DNA from: an uncultured Oscillospiraceae bacterium
GTDB lineage: Bacteria > Bacillota > Clostridia > Peptostreptococcales > Anaerovoracaceae
Length of the DNA: 64,000 nt
Direction: 5' to 3'
Assembly: GCA_964507795.1 (NCBI GenBank)
Contig: CAZDQV010000001.1
Span: 578 to 64,577 of the forward strand
Shown here in pieces: positions 38,105 to 49,000 of this stretch. Position numbers and translations under genes: made by a program. Each line of letters begins with the position of its first letter. Positions within the stretch are counted from its first letter, which is position 1. Under the pieces are notes generated by a model. That model made no database searches, was not told the origin of the DNA, and saw only the letters and a list, made by a program, of their open reading frames with translations.

Positions 38105-38809
38105 TTACTCTACCTCGCTGACCGGAATTACTGATATGACTTCAAAGGAATCCCCATTGTCCTTGTAATCAAGAGCTCCTTTATGTTTTTTGACTGTTTT
38201 TTTGACGATTTTACTGCCAAGTCCGTGGTTTTGGCTGTCCTCTTTGGTAGTTGCCATATTGTGCTCGAGAGGTGCCTCGTTTGCAGGCTTGCTGTTCTTG
38301 ACTGCAAGTATCCATTGGCCACCTACTATGCTGCTTTTGAGGCTTATCCATGGATTTTCGGTTCGCTGTGCCGCTTCGATGGCATTATCAAGCAGGTTGC
38401 CGAAAATGCCGATATATTCCTCATCAGTGATGGAATCGATGTTGAGAGCATTGCATGACAGGTCAAATGCGATGCCCTGGTTTACACACGTTTTTTTCTT
38501 GTAGGCAAGCAGTGCATCAATGATAGGCTGACCGCAGTAATGCTCTCCTACGTATTTTTCACAGTCTGAAACAAGCTCTTCAAGGAAGGCACTGTTTTCT
38601 TTTTTGCTCTTTATTTCTTCGAGGAGATTTTTGATTTCGATTTCATACTGCTCGATTTCTCCAAGCTGTGATAACTGGAGCTCCTGCTTTTTTTGGAGAA
38701 AGTCTTTTTTGTATCTTGCTCTAATGATTATGTATATAATTGCGACTATAACGAGCAAGGCTGCTGTACTTGCGATGATTATAAAAGATCTTAGTGCTGC
38801 TGCTGTCAT
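38105..38809 (-). CDS. GHKL ATPase-domain protein (AgrC-type kinase C-terminal half, single TM, no H-box histidine)
   Basis: One TM segment, a coiled coil, N-box GNLLDNAIEAA and G-box NHGLGSKIV. The position where AgrC-like kinases carry RHDxxNHL reads QYEIEIKNLL. Confidence 0.75.
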   Translation of the reverse strand: MTAAALRSFIIIASTAALLVIVAIIYIIIRARYKKDFLQKKQELQLSQLGEIEQYEIEIKNLLEEIKSKKENSAFLEELVSDCEKYVGEHYCGQPIIDALLAYKKKTCVNQGIAFDLSCNALNIDSITDEEYIGIFGNLLDNAIEAAQRTENPWISLKSSIVGGQWILAVKNSKPANEAPLEHNMATTKEDSQNHGLGSKIVKKTVKKHKGALDYKDNGDSFEVISVIPVSEVE

Positions 38810-38844
38810 TGCTTTGAAATATCCTCCGTTTTTTTATCATTGTA

Positions 38845-39270
38845 TCAGGCTACAGTATATGCTGCAAGCCGGTTGTTAAGGTCATGTTTTGCTTCTCTTG
38901 CCTCCTGTTGGGCTTTGAGGATTCTCTGGTATTGCTGGTTTTGAATTTCTATTTTTAACTGCATGAATGCGAACAGTGGTAGAATCATTCCCCAGAACAG
39001 AAGCATTTTCAGTTTTCTCTTGATGTTTGACATGAATGCCATACATTTGCGGCAAATAGCAAGAGAAACTGCGAAACATATCACTGTCGATATCATTCGT
39101 ATGATGAAATCGGATTTTGTTGATGTGAGTCTGTCAAACCAGATATGCAAGCTCACTGATGCCATATACGACTGCTGCTATCAGCATTGTCATATATACA
39201 TTTGACCTGAGCCATAAGAAGCGAGTCGATGATCTCGTAAACAATCATATATTAAAAGGCTTTCGTTAAT
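38845..39270 (-). pseudogene. fragmented N-terminal part of an AgrC-like sensor kinase (TM helices + H-box)
   Basis: ORF 38845-39165 has two TM helices and ends in the H-box EAKHDLNNRLAAY, then a stop. Further TM-like pieces (e.g. MTMLIAAVVYGISELAYLV) lie upstream in other frames. Confidence 0.55.
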
Positions 39271-39421
39271 TTCATAGTGTAAAGTTTAATGGATTTCACT
39301 GCAAAAGTCAAATTGCAGCAAGCAAAAGCTTACAGTTGGCATGTTAAAAGTTACATGGAGATAAAGCAGAGCAAAAAAGATGTATAATGAGCGAGTAATA
39401 TAACAGAGAGGGTTTATGAAG

Positions 39422-39456
39422 GCACCGCATGCAGTATGGAATTGGCGGTGCTTTTT
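39422..39456 (+). terminator. orphan intrinsic terminator
   Basis: GCACCGC-16 nt-GCGGTGC followed by TTTTT. No annotated plus-strand gene lies upstream. Confidence 0.55.
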
Positions 39457-39483
39457 GCATGCAAAAGACAGCAACAAAATGTC

Positions 39484-39512
39484 TTGACAGCTGGTCCTTC
39501 GTATCGTAAAAT
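39484..39512 (+). promoter_or_regulatory. promoter (TTGACA-17-TAAAAT) of the EIIC-like membrane protein gene
   Basis: TTGACA at 39484-89, a 17-nt spacer, then TAAAAT at 39507-12. Confidence 0.65.
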
Positions 39513-39570
39513 CTTTTGGTGTATATACACGTATATATACTAAAGTTAAATGTAAGTCTTGGAGGACAAT

Positions 39571-40659
39571 ATGGAAGAACAGAATAAGACAGTTAAAGAA
39601 AAAGGGAAATTCGGTAAATTTCTTGAGCGAAAGAATATCGAGTTTTCTGCCAAAAGATATGGGATAGATGCTCTTGGTGCTATGGCTCAGGGGCTGTTTG
39701 CATCACTTCTGATTGGAACAATCATCTCAACTATAGGCGAACAGGCGGGGATTGAGTTTCTTGTTACAATAGGCGGATATGCCAAAGCAGTGGCAGGCCC
39801 TGCTATGGCAGTTGCAATAGGTTATGCGCTTCAGGCGCCGCCACTGGTGCTGTTTTCGCTGGTAGCTGTGGGAGGTGCGGCAAATGACCTTGGAGGAGCG
39901 GGAGGCCCTCTTGCAGTGCTGGTTGTTGCAATATTTGCAGCAGAGTTTGGTAAGGCAGTATCGAAGGAAACCAAAGTGGATATTATTGTGACACCGTTTG
40001 TGACAATATTTGTGGGAGTACTGCTTTCGATGTGGTGGGCACCTCCGATTGGTGCTGCCGCAAGTGCTGTGGGAAGCCTCATAATGTGGGCGACAGTTCT
40101 GAAGCCTTTCCTCATGGGAATTATAGTTTCTGTTGTAGTAGGCGTAGCATTAACGCTCCCTATAAGCAGTGCGGCAATATGCGCGGCTCTTGGCCTTACA
40201 GGTCTTGCAGGTGGTGCTGCAGTTGCAGGCTGCTGTGCTCAGATGGTCGGATTTGCATTTATGAGTTTCAGAGAAAACAGATGGGGAGGACTGCTTTCCC
40301 AGGGCATAGGAACCAGCATGCTTCAGATGGGTAACATAGTGAGAAATCCGAGGATCTGGATACCGCCGACACTTACATCGGCTATAACCGGGCCTATTGC
40401 GACGTGTATATTCCATCTTGAAATGAACGGTGCGGCTATAGCCTCAGGAATGGGAACGTGCGGGCTTGTAGGCCAAATTGGAGTATATACAGGCTGGGTT
40501 GCTGATGTGGCATCAGGAGCAAAGGAAGCCATAACATTTATGGACTGGACAGGCCTTGTGCTGATATGCTTCATACTTCCTGCCGTGCTGACTCTTATCT
40601 TCGGTGCGTTTTTCCGCAAAATAGGGTGGATTAAAGAAGGAGATTTGAAACTGGATTAA
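39571..40659 (+). CDS. PfoR-like PTS EIIC-domain membrane protein
   Basis: About 360 aa, Gly/Ala-rich, multi-TM. The N-terminal amphipathic segment and overall composition resemble proteins annotated as PfoR / PTS subunit IIC. No EIIA/EIIB genes nearby. ATG 39571 follows GGAGGA. Confidence 0.55.
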   Translation: MEEQNKTVKEKGKFGKFLERKNIEFSAKRYGIDALGAMAQGLFASLLIGTIISTIGEQAGIEFLVTIGGYAKAVAGPAMAVAIGYALQAPPLVLFSLVAVGGAANDLGGAGGPLAVLVVAIFAAEFGKAVSKETKVDIIVTPFVTIFVGVLLSMWWAPPIGAAASAVGSLIMWATVLKPFLMGIIVSVVVGVALTLPISSAAICAALGLTGLAGGAAVAGCCAQMVGFAFMSFRENRWGGLLSQGIGTSMLQMGNIVRNPRIWIPPTLTSAITGPIATCIFHLEMNGAAIASGMGTCGLVGQIGVYTGWVADVASGAKEAITFMDWTGLVLICFILPAVLTLIFGAFFRKIGWIKEGDLKLD

Positions 40660-40676
40660 GCAATGTGTAAAATATG

Positions 40677-40707
40677 GGTTGTCAACAACAGACGACCCGT
40701 ATTTTTG
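40677..40707 (+). terminator. intrinsic terminator
   Basis: GGGTTGTC-aacaaca-GACGACCC followed by GTATTTTTG. Confidence 0.7.
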
Positions 40708-40836
40708 TTTGAAACGAACAAAAAACAGTAGCTTTATTGTGTTTTTTTTGATATAATTAGAGAATACTTATTTGACGAAGTATATTTTTTTAACTCAAAT
40801 CAGTTAAATATCAAGATAAACAGAGGAGATGAACTT

Positions 40837-42150
40837 ATGGGACTAAAAGTAGCTAAATTCGGAGGTTCTTCTGTAGCTGATGCCATACAGCTTATGAAGA
40901 TCAAAAATATAATTGAGGCTGACAGCGAGAGAAGATACATTGTAGTATCAGCACCGGGCAAGAGGTTTGACAAAGACAACAAAATAACAGACCTGCTTTA
41001 TCTTTGCAAGACCCATATGGATCACAACCTTTCATATGAACAGGTGATACAGGTGATACAGGACAGATATGTGGCGGCAGCGGTAGGTCTTGGCCTTGAC
41101 ATAGATTATGACAAGCAGTTTCAGATAATTAAAGACAAGATGGCAAATGATGAGGCTACGGCTGATTATCTTGCAAGCAGAGGAGAATATCTCAATGCCA
41201 TACTTGTGGCTGACCTTCTCGGCTATGATTTTGTAGACACGGAGAAACTGATAAAATTCTCAAGCAAAGGCAAACTCCTTGCGGATGAAACCAACAAAGC
41301 CCTTGCAGATGAGCTTGCAAAGCACGAAAGAGCTGTGCTTCCGGGATTCTACGGCAGCACTCCTGACGGTAAAATCAAAACATTCTCAAGAGGAGGCTCT
41401 GATATTACAGGAGCACTTGTCGCAAGAGCGGCAAAAGCCGACATATATGAAAACTGGACGGATGTATCAGGATTTCTTATGGCGGACCCGAGAATCGTAG
41501 ATAATCCTAAACCGATAGCGGAGATTTCATACAGAGAGCTTAGAGAACTTTCATACATGGGTGCTTCAGTGCTTCACGATGAGGCTATATATCCTGCAAA
41601 GGAAGACAATATTCCTATCAATATCAGGAATACCAATATACCTGAGGATCCGGGGACAATCATTACGGCTGATGCGCCACTTTCAGATCATGTTATAACC
41701 GGCATTGCAGGCAGCAAGAATTTCACTGTAATAGGTCTTTCAAAGCGCATGATGTCACAGGAAGTAGGGTTTGTCAGACGCCTTGCAGGCATATTTGCGG
41801 ATTTGGACATAAGTCTTGAGCATATGCCAAGCGGCATAGACACTATTTCTGTAGTTGTTGACAATGATGAACTTGATGGCAAGCTGGATGATGTGGTTGA
41901 TGAAATCCAGAGACAGATTCAGCCTGATACACTTGATGTGTTTGAAAACATGGCCCTTATAGCTACTGTGGGCAGAGGCATGTCTGCAAGAACCGGCACT
42001 TCAGCCAAACTGTTTACAGCACTTGCCAATGCCGGTGTTAATATCAGAATGATAGATCAGGGCTCCAGTGAGATCAATATCATTGTAGGAGTTCAAAACA
42101 AAGATTTCGAAAAGGCTGTAAAGGCTATTTATGATGCATTTGTAGAATAG
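40837..42150 (+). CDS. aspartate kinase
   Basis: N-terminal KVAKFGGSSVADA. The kinase core has SRGGSDITGA, followed by C-terminal ACT-type repeats (ALIATVGRGM, INIIVGV). Confidence 0.9.
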   Translation: MGLKVAKFGGSSVADAIQLMKIKNIIEADSERRYIVVSAPGKRFDKDNKITDLLYLCKTHMDHNLSYEQVIQVIQDRYVAAAVGLGLDIDYDKQFQIIKDKMANDEATADYLASRGEYLNAILVADLLGYDFVDTEKLIKFSSKGKLLADETNKALADELAKHERAVLPGFYGSTPDGKIKTFSRGGSDITGALVARAAKADIYENWTDVSGFLMADPRIVDNPKPIAEISYRELRELSYMGASVLHDEAIYPAKEDNIPINIRNTNIPEDPGTIITADAPLSDHVITGIAGSKNFTVIGLSKRMMSQEVGFVRRLAGIFADLDISLEHMPSGIDTISVVVDNDELDGKLDDVVDEIQRQIQPDTLDVFENMALIATVGRGMSARTGTSAKLFTALANAGVNIRMIDQGSSEINIIVGVQNKDFEKAVKAIYDAFVE

Positions 42151-42159
42151 GAGCAAATA

Positions 42160-42183
42160 AGGGAGCGCAATGCTCCCTCTTTG
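42160..42183 (+). terminator. intrinsic terminator after the aspartate kinase gene
   Basis: AGGGAGC-gcaat-GCTCCCT followed by CTTTG. Confidence 0.6.
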
Positions 42184-42192
42184 AATGATAAA

Positions 42193-42762
42193 ATGAAAAT
42201 AGTATGTATAGGTAACAGTATAGTAAATGGGTTTCCTCTCAAGAGAAGTGAGAGCTTTACCGGACTTTTGAATAGCCGTTACGGATATGAAACAATCAAC
42301 AAGGGAGTAAACGGCGACACCACAAATGGAATATATCAGAGATTCGATAGTGACGTTATTGCAAACAGGCCTGATGCGTGCCTGCTGCTTACAGGGACCA
42401 ATGACTTTATAGGCGGCAGCGATACAGACAGGGCATTTGAAAACATTACAAAAATATTGACAAAGGCAATGCGGCTTGAAACGATGAAAATGATTTTGCT
42501 GACGCCGCTGCTCACATATCCTGATATGGCAGAGCATATGTGGGTGCCGGCAGATTACAGGGCGCTTAATCTTACACTCGAAGAATTTGCATATAAACTC
42601 AAAGGCATCCGGGGTTGCAGTGTTATTGATACTCAGAGTGCATTCAAAAATATCAATATGGCAGCAAAAGAGGCATATAGTGATGGCATTCATCCTACTG
42701 CGGCAGCGCATGAATTTCTTGCAGAATATATTGCAAATGAGCTGAAAGCGCTCCTGAAGTAA
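42193..42762 (+). CDS. SGNH/GDSL-family hydrolase
   Basis: Block I VCIGNSIVNG, block III GTNDF and block V DGIHPT. ATG 42193 is preferred, because TTG 42181 lies inside the upstream terminator. Confidence 0.8.
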   Translation: MKIVCIGNSIVNGFPLKRSESFTGLLNSRYGYETINKGVNGDTTNGIYQRFDSDVIANRPDACLLLTGTNDFIGGSDTDRAFENITKILTKAMRLETMKMILLTPLLTYPDMAEHMWVPADYRALNLTLEEFAYKLKGIRGCSVIDTQSAFKNINMAAKEAYSDGIHPTAAAHEFLAEYIANELKALLK

Positions 42763-42887
42763 AAAAATCAAAGAAATACGGGATTTTTTTTCGTCAAAAA
42801 ACCGGTTACGATTTTTTGTCAAGTGGTGGCTGTAAACGTTCAAAAAACAAGGATTTCAAAGCGTGTCGAAAAAAATAAAAAATGGAA

Positions 42888-42916
42888 TTGACAGTAAAAA
42901 CGGGGTGTGGTAAAAT
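42888..42916 (+). promoter_or_regulatory. strong promoter upstream of the adhesin gene (TTGACA-17-TAAAAT with TGTG -16 element)
   Basis: TTGACA at 42888-93, spacer ending in GTGTGG, then TAAAAT at 42911-16. Confidence 0.65.
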
Positions 42917-42978
42917 GGTACTGTCGAAAATTGTGTGCGGGACGCATACAGATTAACTCAATAACATGCAGATGACCA

Positions 42979-43007
42979 AGAGAAGTGGAAACACTTCTCT
43001 TTTTTGT
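42979..43007 (+). terminator. intrinsic terminator inside the adhesin 5' leader (attenuator candidate)
   Basis: AAGAGAAGTG-gaaa-CACTTCTCTT followed by TTTTTG. Lies about 56 nt after the predicted TSS and 27 nt before ATG 43034. Confidence 0.7.
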
Positions 43008-43033
43008 GCTGCAAAAAAGAAAGGAGAGAAAAA

Positions 43034-46000
43034 ATGAGTTTAAGGAAATCACTTAGTCTGCTGCTCATATGCATATTACTTGCAGCAATGCTGCCGGTGC
43101 AGGTATTTGCTGATTTGAGCAGCAGCAGATCGGCAAAGTTCAAAGAAGGAGGAGTGTTATATGATGCTTATGGCAGGACTTATCAGTATGATAAGCAGTA
43201 CTATATACAGGTATATCAGTACAATTCTGATGGATCGAGGCGAAAAATCATACTCGACAACGAAAACACGTCGCCCAAAAGATCCTTTTTGATAAAACAG
43301 GGAGGTACCTCATATAGAGGATACTGCGTAGAGCATGGCGTGTATACCAATGAGACACTTAACATGAAAGCCATGTCGCAGGAGGGCAATATATCATTTT
43401 ACAAAGGGCTCAGCAAGTCTCAGCGGAAGAACATACAGCTTGCATTGCTTTATGGCTGGCAGTCAGGCAAGAGCATAACTGATGTGAAGGATACGCTTTT
43501 TACGAAGTCAAAATGGTATCAGAAAACATGCAACAAATACAACAAGGATGACTGGTATATTGCAACCCAGATGCTCATATGGGAAATTCAGCAGGGATAC
43601 AGAGATTCTGATATGAATTACAACAGCAAGACAGTATCGGGAAGCAAAGTGCACAAGGAACTTTGCTATTTGTCAGGAAATCCTGTGAGCATATATCATT
43701 ACTCAAATTTCCTCAAAGGGCAGGGAGCATATGATATATACAAATTCATGGCTGATGCAATCAAAGCTCATGGAAACATTGCATCGGGTCTTAAAAGTAC
43801 AGACAAATCAAATCCGAAAAAGATAAAACTCGTGCGGGAAAAGGATGATGCGGGACAGCCGACTTCTGTTTGGTCAGCCGTTATAAGGGATAATGGCAAA
43901 TACCCTGTCACAAAAGATGCTCTGGAAAATAAATATAGAGCAGTCAATATAGTTAAAGGCAAAAATAAAGACGACCTTAAAATTGAGCCTGTAAAATCAG
44001 ATACAGGTGCATTGCAATACAAAATAAGTTGGACAGGGGCAAGCAGTACGGACAGCCCGCCGGAAGATACTGTATTTACAATCGAAAGAGTATTTGATGC
44101 CGGCAGTGACACAATCAAAAACAACCTGCTTTTCTGGTATTGGAATTCGGGATCTGGAGGCTGGCCAAACCACTGCCAGACTATAGTTACAGGCTCATGC
44201 AATCCGCAGTATTTCTATATAAGCCTTACAGCAAATGTGCCGGACACACCTGATACACCGGGAGAGGAAACAGAGCTTGGCGAGCCTGAATATTTCCCTG
44301 AGTTTGAGTTTCCTGTAAGCAAACAGGACAAAAATCCGGGCTGGGACGGAGATGTTCATACCGGAATGGGTGATGCATCACTTGGTGCAACATATACTCT
44401 TTACAGAAACGGTGAAGCTGTTGACAGTGTTACATTAAACGATAACGGTGAGCAGGAAGTTTTAAGGGACAAGCCGTGGGAGACGTCAGAGGGTTTTGAC
44501 AGGACAGCGTCGGGTTCATATATACATAATACGCAAGACGGCGTACACTGCACTGTTACACCAATCCACACAGAGTGGAACGGCAAGATTACATATACTA
44601 TCAGGGAAGAAGTGCCGGATGGCAGATTTTTAAACCCGGACAGTGGTGTCAGGGAGTACACTGTTACCTATATGGCATCAAGCAGCAATTCTCAAAGCTG
44701 CACGGGAGAACCTGCATGCTGGTCGGAAATACAATATGATGTAAAATGCATATCAGGTAATACAGCAATCAATATATCGGGAGATATTGCTGCGGCGGAG
44801 TCTGAAAACCCTGTTACCTTTAATGAGGAAGTCTATATAAATGACTGCTATAGAGGCAAAATAACTCTGAGCAAATCTCTTGAAGATGAAAATGTATTTG
44901 ACGATGTATCGCTTGGCGGAGGTAAAAGAAAATCAACAAATTCCGGCTGGAAGCTTTATCTCAAGTCAGGATTTGAGCAGAATAAATATATCAGATTCAA
45001 AAAAGAAGCGGACCTTGCAGATGGCACGGCTGTCTACAGAGCTCTCAGAGACAACACAGGGATTGACAATCAGAGCAATGAAATGAAAATAGGTTCAAAC
45101 GGCTGCCTGATGATACTTGATGTTCCATATGGAGAATACTATATGGAAGAGGCAGTTACAGACGATGCATCGTTTGTAGCTGAAAAATTCACAGTTGTCA
45201 TAGGTGAGCATAGTGGGGAGTACTCAGAAGATGACAGATATGACAACAGATATGATTATGACATCAGGGATAAAAAAATAGAGAACAAGATTAAAATAGT
45301 CAAAACTGATGAAGAAACAGGCAAAACCGTGAGCCTTGCAGGAGGTACCAAATTCCGCATAAGATATATGGGAAATGTTCTCGAGTCAGATGTCACAACT
45401 TCCGCAAATTATGGCAAACTGCTCCCGAATGCAGCCTCAATCAACGATAAGACGGGAAATAATGACGAATTTGAATGCAATGAAAACGGGGAAATAATTA
45501 TTCCATATATGCTCAAATTCGGCACATACCGCATAGAAGAATTCACAGTGCCTGAAGGATACTATATCGGTGAAGAAGATGATGCGGTAAGATACTATAC
45601 CTTCAATGTATCAAAGCAGAATACTCATGAGGATGGCAACTTCGGTCAGATGGTGGATTACAATGGCATCATCTCTGAGGCAGACCCGTTATATAACAGC
45701 GAAAGCTGGCCGTACAAGACATATTATCAGGCGGTTAGTATAGCAAACAAGCAGGCTAAGGGTGTAATAAGGATAGACAAAGAAGGTGAAATGTTTACCG
45801 GCTGGAAAAAGCTTGTTTCATCAGGCAGAGAAATGATGCAGCCAGTATATGAAGGGGCCAAAAAACTTGCAGGTGCAGTATTTGGAATATTTGCGGCAGA
45901 TGATGTGCTCCTTGCAGATGGCAATGACGGTGCTGAAATTTATGATGCTGATACGAATGAAAAAATCAGTATCCCTGTTACATTGAGCACACATGATTCA

Positions 46001-49000
46001 AACGACACAGAAACAGTGCAAAGCCTTCTTGGAAAGATATATGAGGCGGATGTATATGAAACGGGAAGCCTTGATCACAGCAGCGGTGCGAAGCTTTGGT
46101 ATATGCTTGAGCGCCAGGCTTCAGAAGGCAATGTGAAACGCAGTATCTATGTCACACCGGAGCAAAAGGACACAGAGTATTCATACATATACGAAAAGGA
46201 AGATGAAGATTTTACTTACAGATATGATGTCAATGTGAAAATGCAATACCAGGCGGGAGGCAGCAATATTACCGAGTTTGAAATCATAAAGAGTACGATT
46301 ACCAAAAAAGGTGGAGTTGCAGAGATAAACTCAACAGAGCCTGTGCAGTATCTGGCGGAAACCCTCATTCCAAATGACTCGTGGGGGGATCCCGAAGGTA
46401 ATGTCCTCGACTTTTCGTACAGGAAATTCATATATGAGGCAGATGGCGCGCAGGGAAGTGACTGGAATGGAAATACCGTTGATTTTTCTGAAGGTGCAGC
46501 GGCAAGAGCAGTAAATGAAGAAGGAAATTTTGTAATTACAGCTCAAACAGGTGAAAACCCGGAAGACATTTCATACAGTGTGCTTTTGACAGATGGAAGC
46601 AGTGTCAGCTGCGATGTAAATGGCAATTTCCAGACAGCACTCATAGAGATATATGATGTCTCATATACAACCAAAGGTGCAGATGAAGAAACATATGACT
46701 TTGCATGGGACGGGTTTGAACTTCTGACAGCAGCAGGAGAAGACAGTGCAACAACAGAAATAACAGCGCAGGGTGGCAGCCCGCAAATAAGCTGCGGCAT
46801 AGGCTATAATGCAAATACAGACGGTCTCAAAACAGTATTTACAGCAACAGAGCCGAAGGCACCTGTATATTTTATGAATAGAGACGGTGTGAAAACGCAG
46901 ATGTATTACTTTGGAGGCAAACTCAAGGCAGATATAACCATACCTGCCGATGCCGTAAAAACAGGCTGGGAAACCACAGTACCTGAAATCAAAGTAAGAA
47001 ACACTGACGGAGAAGGCGGAACCTCTGAGAATGTTCTGGACTGGTTTGCAGAGCTTGATTCCGATAATCAGAAAGAAGTATTTACTCCATACAGTGGCAT
47101 TACAGTTACGGCCAGATACAATGGAGGCAGCAAAAATCCTGTATATTATACAGTTGAAATAATATCAGATAAAGATGAACAAAGCCCTGTAGAGATAACA
47201 TATTCAGACGGATATACTGCAAAACTTTACTGCAGTAATGCCTCTTCAGGAAACGGTGTCGGTGTTATGGAGCTTGCAAACGTATACAGAACGAACAGAT
47301 ACCCTCTCTCAAGGCTGGTAGAGGTAATAACCACAGATGAAAACGGATATGCCCAATCAGGAGAGCTGCCTCTTGGAAAATATGTGGTAAGAGAACTCAA
47401 TGCAGCTTCAGGGTATGTGACAGATGATACGGCTTATGAAGTGGAGCTCAAATACAAAGACCAGAATACAAGGCTCGTATGGGCAGATATCAAGGCACAA
47501 AACAAAGCATACAGCGTTGAAATTGATCTCCAAAAAGCCTTTGAAACAGCATATGGCTCAGGTAAATACGAAAGAGATGGGAATGCTCTGTTTGGTATAT
47601 ATACGGCAGAGGAAATATCAGCATCAGCACAAAGTGCAGACAAAGAAACAGTTTCATCTGTAGGAAAAGATACACTTGTTGATACAATAACGGCTGGCAA
47701 ATCAGGCAAAGGTGTATTGAAAACTAAATTGCCTGAGGGTAGATATTACATCAAAGAAATCAAAACAAAACAGGGATATAAACTGGATGACACTCCGTTC
47801 TATTTTGCAGTGGGAGACAAACAGGCAAAAACAAACAGTGCACTGGAATTCGATTATGAGGAGCCTGGCATAAGCGGTAAAGCTGTCATGAGCTGTGCCG
47901 GCAGGACAGTTGTTACAATTGATGTGAAAAAGAGATTCCCTATGCTTGATATTACTGTTGATGATGCTTCATATTCACTTGATAAGAGTAGTGAATCAGA
48001 CAATATCAATATAACAGCGGATAAAGACAAAACGACAGTGAAGCTGCTTATCTGCGACGGTGAAGAAAAAACCGTCAAACTGCCGGGAATACAAAAGGTG
48101 CTCAAAATCAGAACAGAAGGCAATACATACAGCTATGACCTTGACGGTACATCGGGCACATATACGCCTGATACAGTTTGCACAGGATATCTTGCATCAT
48201 TTGAAAAAATATTTGAAGCGGAGGATAATGCAGCAGAGCCTGTGATGTTGCCTGTTACAGAAACAGTGCAATTTACAGCAGCAGGAGAAAACCCGTCAAA
48301 ACTTGATATTGTGCTTACACATACGCCGAAAACATATGAAGAGGAGACGTCAGAAGGCAACATTACCAAAGCGTTGACTGACGATAATGGTAAACAGGTT
48401 TATGAACACAAGGCAGAAATTGACGTAAACTGTGGAGACGGACCGGTATTGCTTAATGCGGGAGAAAAAACAGAATTCAGTGACTGCAAAGGAACTTTCT
48501 TCAAAATAGGGCTTGATGCAGACGGCAAGTTAAAAGTATCCGCATATGGATATCCTGATGAAAGCATTTCTGGAGAGAAAGAACCACAAGCTTTAGCGGG
48601 CAGTGAGCCTCTGCCTGTTAAATTCACCAAAAGTGTGACTCATGCAAGAACAGACAGAAGTGCAGATGCAGTGCAAATAAAAATAAATTCAAATGATAAC
48701 ATTAATGCCGGTGATATCTATAACGAAAAGGAAAAGACTGAAAATCCGGGGATACCGACTTATGTAAAGGGTGTGACAGATACTCCCGAAAAGAAAGGGA
48801 ACATTGAAATCATCAAGACAGATGCTGACGGGGGCAATCTGCTTGAGGGAGCAAAGTTCAGAATATGGAGTGACGATGAAAGCTTCGGCGAAAGATATGA
48901 GATTACTGATGAAGAGGGCAAAATCTTAATTTCAGATCTTGAAGAGGGCACATACTATATCTGTGAAGTGGAGGCACCGGACGGATATGTTCCAGAGGAT

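Noticed and set aside
39286-39477. The 63-aa minus-strand ORF as an AgrD-like pheromone precursor or AgrB remnant upstream of the kinase fragments.
   Set aside because: It has no RBS. Its Cys/Phe/Leu-rich composition is typical of a random AT-rich ORF, it lacks the amphipathic leader/acidic tail pattern of AgrD, and it overlaps the plus-strand terminator hairpin.
40660-40836. A lysine (L-box) riboswitch upstream of the aspartate kinase gene.
   Set aside because: The gap contains only the upstream gene terminator and AT-rich sequence. No multi-helix junction or conserved L-box elements are visible.
42763-43033. A c-di-GMP-I/II riboswitch upstream of the adhesin gene.
   Set aside because: I could not find the conserved GEMM-I or class-II core sequences or helices. 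The distance from the predicted TSS to the terminator (about 56 nt) is also too short for those aptamers. The attenuator itself is kept as a finding.
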